From: an uncultured Chitinophagales bacterium
GTDB lineage: Bacteria > Bacteroidota > Bacteroidia > Chitinophagales > JADIYW01
Length of the DNA: 64,000 nt
Assembly (NCBI GenBank): GCA_964642875.1
Contig: CAZXRF010000008.1
Location: forward strand, 2,241-66,240
Reading direction: 5' to 3'
Positions 59,503 through 64,000 of the stretch are shown here, in pieces. Both the position numbers and the translations under genes were made by a program. The notes beneath the pieces are model-generated. The model worked only from the letters and a program-made list of their open reading frames with translations, did not search any database and was not told where the DNA came from. How positions within the stretch are numbered: position 1 is the first letter of the stretch; each line of letters begins with the position of its first letter.

Positions 59503-59829
59503 ATGACAGCAAGAGAAATTGTATTAGGATTACCAAATCGATTAAAGACAGATGAAGCCGCAGGGCAAAGTGGCACATTTCATTTTCAATTAGAAGGAGA
59601 AAATGGAGGTGATTTTACTGTGTCTGTTGCAGATGGCGTTTGCAAAGTTACAGAAGGATTAACGGGCGAGGCTGATTGTTTAATTTCTGCAACTGCTTCA
59701 GATTTTGAAGATGCAGAAGAAGGACGTGTAAACAGACAAATGGCAGTAATGATGGGAAAAATTAAGATCAGTAATTTAGGTGCAATGCTTAAATTTATTG
59801 GAATGTTTAAAGATTTAGATGCTGCATAG
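59503..59829 (+). CDS. Stand-alone SCP2 sterol/lipid-binding domain protein
   Basis: FHFQLEGENGGDFTV, MAVMMGKIKISNLGAM; start moved to ATG 59503, downstream of the promoter motif. Confidence 0.9.
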   Translation: MTAREIVLGLPNRLKTDEAAGQSGTFHFQLEGENGGDFTVSVADGVCKVTEGLTGEADCLISATASDFEDAEEGRVNRQMAVMMGKIKISNLGAMLKFIGMFKDLDAA

Positions 59830-59899
59830 TTAGAAGAAAGTAATGAGTAGGAAATTATAAGTATATAGGAGAACAGTTCTTGTTACTTAATTTATAATT

Positions 59900-59924
59900 G
59901 ACAGTTCGAAAGAACTGTCTTTTT
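59900..59924 (+). terminator. Intrinsic terminator or attenuator after the SCP2 gene
   Basis: GACAGTTC-GAAA-GAACTGTC-TTTTT. Confidence 0.8.
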
Positions 59925-59984
59925 GTTTTAATAAGATTAATTGAAAAAGTATTTTTGTAATTTTACGATAGAAATTTATAGTTA

Positions 59985-60851
59985 ATGAGAGAGAAGATAT
60001 TTGTTATTACAGGAGGAAACTCAGGGATAGGAAGAGTGACAGCTACAGAAATAGCTAAAATGGGTGCACAAGTGGTATTGGTTTGTCGTAATGAACAAAA
60101 GGGGAGAGCAGTACAAGAAGATATAAATGCATTAACTGGATTAAATAACTGCGATTTGTTTTTATGCGATTTCAGTTCGCACACATCGATAAAGGAATTT
60201 GCAAAAAACTTTAGGATGAAGTATAATAATATCGATGTATTGGTAAATAATGCGGGTGCTATTATTGGTGAAAGACAAGTGAATGACGAAGGATTAGAGA
60301 TGATGTTTGCAACTAATCATTTAGGGTATTTTTTGATGACACATTATTTATTTGATTTGTTAAAAGCTTCAGATAGTGCGAGAATTGTGAATGTTGCTTC
60401 TTTGGCACATCGGTTTACATCTATGCGTTGGGATGATTTACAAGCAGAGAAATCATTTAATTCCTGGGTACAATACGGACACACGAAGTTGATGAATATT
60501 TTATTTAATAAAGAGTTGGCTTACCAGCTGAAAAAAAATACGAATATCACGGCGAATTGTTTGCATCCCGGAAATATCAATTCAAATTTTGGTAAAACAG
60601 GAAACCCAGTGATGAAATTTCTGATGGGAAATTTTGGATTTATACTTACTAGTCCGCAAAAAGGTGCTGAAACTTCTATTTATTTAGCTACTTCTCCATT
60701 AGTACAAGGAAAAACTGGATTGTATTGGTATAAAAAAAATCCAACAATTCCGTCATTGGAAGCGATTAGTTCTGAGAATTCCAGAAGACTTTGGGATATT
60801 AGTTTAAAACTCACCGGCATTAAAGTATTTGGAGAAGTGGACTTTGAGTAA
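59985..60851 (+). CDS. SDR oxidoreductase, retinol-dehydrogenase-like
   Basis: ITGGNSGIG, VLVNNAG, NHLGYF, YGHTKLMN, HPG. Confidence 0.9.
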   Translation: MREKIFVITGGNSGIGRVTATEIAKMGAQVVLVCRNEQKGRAVQEDINALTGLNNCDLFLCDFSSHTSIKEFAKNFRMKYNNIDVLVNNAGAIIGERQVNDEGLEMMFATNHLGYFLMTHYLFDLLKASDSARIVNVASLAHRFTSMRWDDLQAEKSFNSWVQYGHTKLMNILFNKELAYQLKKNTNITANCLHPGNINSNFGKTGNPVMKFLMGNFGFILTSPQKGAETSIYLATSPLVQGKTGLYWYKKNPTIPSLEAISSENSRRLWDISLKLTGIKVFGEVDFE

Positions 60852-60874
60852 ATTATTAATTTTAAGACATACTA

Positions 60875-61624
60875 ATGCAATTTTTTGAATCTTTTTTTAG
60901 TTTTTTTATAGATAATTTTCCTCCTTTTTCCTTATTTTCTTGGCTGTTTCCGTTGTCGATAATTTGGAGCTTTGTGGCATTGTTTATCGCAGGAATATGT
61001 AAGAAAAACTTAGGCTGGGCAACAGGATATTCTCGTAAAGTTTTCCATTTTTTAATATTTATCAGTGCATTATTTTACCAGAAATTCTTTTCTATTGCCG
61101 GCGTTTTTATTTTAGGATGGTCAGTATCGATTGTATTGTTGTATTCCATATTTAAAGGAAATGGAAATTTACTATATGAGGCAATTGCTAGAGAGAAAGA
61201 TGCGCCGCACCGCACTAAGTATATTGTGTATTCATACCTTGCTACGCTGTTTGGCGGCATTTTGTCCAATTTTTTTTTACAGCCTTTTGCCATCTTCGGA
61301 TATGTAGTCACGGGTTTTGCAGATGCCATAGCAGAGCCTATTGGCACCCGCTTTGGTAATCATCAATATCGTGTATTTAGCTTTGATAAAAATAAAAAAT
61401 CGTACAGAAGTATTGAAGGCAGTGTGGCTGTTTTTATAGCTACATTTATTAGCATATATGCTGTTACTTTTTTTACAACAACGGTGCATCTAAATATTTT
61501 CTATTTAGCTATAGTTGCTTTTATATGCTCTCTCGCAGAGGCTGTTTCTCCTAGCGGATTTGATAATTTTATATTACAAATTGTAGCTACGTTCTTGTGT
61601 AGTTTTTTATTTTTTTACTCGTAA
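60875..61624 (+). CDS. Polyprenol/diacylglycerol kinase family membrane protein (phytol kinase / SEC59-like)
   Basis: SRKVFH, GFADAIAEPIGTRFG, RSIEGS, AEAVSPSGFDNF, multiple TM helices. Confidence 0.78.
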   Translation: MQFFESFFSFFIDNFPPFSLFSWLFPLSIIWSFVALFIAGICKKNLGWATGYSRKVFHFLIFISALFYQKFFSIAGVFILGWSVSIVLLYSIFKGNGNLLYEAIAREKDAPHRTKYIVYSYLATLFGGILSNFFLQPFAIFGYVVTGFADAIAEPIGTRFGNHQYRVFSFDKNKKSYRSIEGSVAVFIATFISIYAVTFFTTTVHLNIFYLAIVAFICSLAEAVSPSGFDNFILQIVATFLCSFLFFYS

Positions 61625-61637
61625 TCGGTAGTATAAT

Positions 61638-63071
61638 TTAATCTTTTTTTTCAGCAGCAATTCCGTCTTCAAATTTTATGAAATCTGGAATCTTCTCTAC
61701 CGGAATATTTTTAGCAATAATTTTAAAGTCTTTAGTAATTAAAAATACTTTAGGTGTAGCAATTACATCATATTCCTTTCGGTAAGCGCTCACCCCTCGC
61801 ATATCGGCGCAAGTAAGCCAGTCGGGCGCACAATTTTTTGCTGCAAATGCCCTGAAAGAACTATCGGTTTGTTCGGTTGAAACCGCCATTACATGTACTC
61901 CTAATGCTTTGAGCGAGTCGGTATATATTTGTTTTAATTTTGGAATTTCATGTTGGCAGTGGCTGCAATCTGAATTCCAAAAAATCAATAACGTGTATTT
62001 GTTTTTTGGAATATAATCATGTATGAAATAGTTTTTTCCTAAAGAATCTTGAACTGAAAAATTAGGAGCTATTTTTCCTATTAAGGTCGGTCGGATAGCA
62101 TCTACTCTATCTCGCAATTCTGTTAAACTTTTTTCTGTTGCCCACCAAGCACTGCCATTTAAAAAATAATTATCTGCCATATACACATAAATGGCATCGT
62201 AGCCCATTACTTCACTTTTTGCATATTTTAAAAATAATTCATTCAAGCAATATTGGTACATTTCTTTGTTTGCTTTTGCTTTTTTTAGTACAAAATCTAC
62301 TGCTTTAATTATAGAATCGGGTTGTGGGAATGTATATACATCAAAGTATTTTAATAATCGACCTTGGAAAATAGGGCTTCTAATAAACCCAGAATCTGCG
62401 AAATCAATATTATCGAAATAATGTTTTTGTGTATAGTGGAAATTATAAAATGTATCTATCAATGCCCCAGATGAATTTCTGAGCCCATCGGGTACATCAA
62501 TATCTATCATGGCTTTTAATAATTTAGAATAAAAAGTTGTAGGGTTATTTTTTATAAGTTCTTTCCGGTGTGTAAGTATTTGTTTGCTAATCGCATCTAA
62601 TGATATAATTATACCCTCATATTCTTTAGTGTCTTTTTCTGTTTTCTTTAATAATTTTTGTAAAGAATCGGTTTGCACGCCTAATGGCAACATGTATTTC
62701 ATGTCATCAAACATTTCTTTATTTTCCAAAGAATTTTTTACTGTAGCATGTTTGATAAAGTGGAGTGTATCTGTACTTATACTAAAATTTGTCTCATTTA
62801 ATATAATATCAAAAGTACTGTATCGCATAGATGGAAATGCAATGAGGTAAACGCCTTTAGCTATGTTTTTTTTGCCTTTAATTGTTGCTAATCCTTTTGC
62901 GTCAAAGTTGAGCGTATCTTTTACATAGCGTTTATCACCGTAGTAATAGGCTAATATCCCCATTTGGTTTTCCATGCCTTTTACGGTAATTTTTATATCA
63001 AAATTATTTTCTTGGGAAAAGGCAATTAGGGTGAAAATAAAAAGGAGGGCGAATGTGAAAAATTTCTTCAT
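61638..63071 (-). CDS. Exported TlpA/redoxin family thioredoxin-like protein
   Basis: Signal peptide; IGKIAPNF, IFWNSDCSHCQHE (CxxC), YDVIATPKVFL. Confidence 0.88.
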   Translation of the reverse strand: MKKFFTFALLFIFTLIAFSQENNFDIKITVKGMENQMGILAYYYGDKRYVKDTLNFDAKGLATIKGKKNIAKGVYLIAFPSMRYSTFDIILNETNFSISTDTLHFIKHATVKNSLENKEMFDDMKYMLPLGVQTDSLQKLLKKTEKDTKEYEGIIISLDAISKQILTHRKELIKNNPTTFYSKLLKAMIDIDVPDGLRNSSGALIDTFYNFHYTQKHYFDNIDFADSGFIRSPIFQGRLLKYFDVYTFPQPDSIIKAVDFVLKKAKANKEMYQYCLNELFLKYAKSEVMGYDAIYVYMADNYFLNGSAWWATEKSLTELRDRVDAIRPTLIGKIAPNFSVQDSLGKNYFIHDYIPKNKYTLLIFWNSDCSHCQHEIPKLKQIYTDSLKALGVHVMAVSTEQTDSSFRAFAAKNCAPDWLTCADMRGVSAYRKEYDVIATPKVFLITKDFKIIAKNIPVEKIPDFIKFEDGIAAEKKD

Positions 63072-63208
63072 ATAAAGTGTTGTATTCTAAACTTACAAAA
63101 TCTATTCCGAAAATAACTATAAGCGCATAATTTGTATTCTAAATGTTTGTTAATTTCTTTTAATATGTTGTATTTAGTTTATCCTTTTATATTGAATTGT
63201 TGTAAAAT

Positions 63209-63238
63209 AAAAATGTCCGGATATTTCCGGACATTTTT
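63209..63238 (-). terminator. Intrinsic terminator
   Basis: AAAAATGTCCGGA / TCCGGACATTTTT 13-bp inverted repeat. Confidence 0.8.
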
Positions 63239-63255
63239 ATTGCTAAATTGTAGAT

Positions 63256-64000
63256 TTATTTAAAATCAAAATCATCAGCATTTAAAGGAATTCCTAATTT
63301 CAGTCCTTTAAATTCATAAATTTCATAAACACCTTTTTCGTCTTCCATTTTATGATAAATTGGTAAGTAGTTTGATTTGTCGATATACAAAGTTGTTCTT
63401 TTTGCATATGAAGATGGTATTTTTAATTTCTGTCCAGGTTTTACATCATCACCAATATCATTTAATTCTTTAATTTTATATTCAGAGATAGCTCTGTTTC
63501 TTCCAATATCCCAAACAGATTTCTCATTAGGTTGTACAGTATAGTCAATAATTTTGTATTCAGGATCGTCAATTTCAACTTTCCAGCAGTCTTTACCATC
63601 ATAGTTTACAGAACCTAAAATTTTCACAAATGAAGCAATATCTTGCCCTTTGCGTTGAGCAATACTAGTTTCTAATATTTTTTTAATTTGCCCGAAACCT
63701 GCTCTTGTTACAGGGTTATGAACGCCTTTCATTAAGAGTCCGTTGGTAGGGCTAAGGTTTAATTTTAATCCTTTTTTTACTTTTACATCTTTGGATACTG
63801 TAGCATCGTAGAAAAGCTGTGCAGATTGAGGTAGATGTGCATTAGCATAAATTTTAAGTGGATTTGCAATTACAGTAAATTCTACGTCACTTTTGCTGTA
63901 TTTTCCATCATGCATGCGCTCTTGTGCAAAAAAGTGGTAAGTCATGGTTTTTGCGTTACCCATGGCAGACATTACTTTTGGAATCGTTTCAGTTACTGTT
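63256..64000 (-). CDS. DUF1571/LolA-like fold protein with LysM-like insertion, 5' partial
   Basis: Frame stays open to the window edge; YTVQPNEKSVWDIG...LNDIGDDVKPGQKLKIP LysM-like segment; YIDKSNYLPI...YEIYEF tail. Confidence 0.72.
   Translation of the reverse strand, partial: TVTETIPKVMSAMGNAKTMTYHFFAQERMHDGKYSKSDVEFTVIANPLKIYANAHLPQSAQLFYDATVSKDVKVKKGLKLNLSPTNGLLMKGVHNPVTRAGFGQIKKILETSIAQRKGQDIASFVKILGSVNYDGKDCWKVEIDDPEYKIIDYTVQPNEKSVWDIGRNRAISEYKIKELNDIGDDVKPGQKLKIPSSYAKRTTLYIDKSNYLPIYHKMEDEKGVYEIYEFKGLKLGIPLNADDFDFK

Noticed and set aside
2530-62850. Remaining short ORF-track entries overlapping called genes on the opposite strand or in another frame
   Set aside because: No recognisable motifs; each is explained as a shadow of a well-supported CDS.

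Overview
AT-rich Bacteroidota chromosomal segment. Evidence for the phylum: T9SS type A and type B cargo genes, porX-tsaE, TAnnTTTG promoter motifs and a DUF4105/Lnb-like gene. Most of the window is housekeeping, envelope and secreted-protein genes: partial smc, tRNA-Arg(UCG), tRNA-Cys(GCA), folB, a BamA/TamA-family gene, TrmH, an OmpA-PD40 protein, dcp, msrB, ald, porX, lpxD, a stand-alone lpxC, padR-pspC and mscS. No CRISPR array, rRNA, integrase or DDE transposase was seen. The most unusual part is 49.4-61.6 kb, an Atu/AccD2-like carboxylase operon with a BKACE enzyme and two ACAD-SCP2 fusions, divergent from SCP2, SDR and phytol-kinase-like genes. Its intergenic spaces carry a family of ~85-bp nested hairpins (ACCGCAAAG...CTTTGCGGT). 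One member is split at its loop by a GxxExxY PD-(D/E)XK nuclease-like gene, which looks like a full versus empty mobile-element pair. A four-helix-bundle gene in the same operon is flanked by inverted 7-bp arrays, and 7-bp arrays also occur in frame inside both ACAD-SCP2 genes. Separately, a 1052-codon T9SS type B adhesin gene is broken by a single in-frame TAG. All protein family calls are from motif recognition by eye, not database searches.
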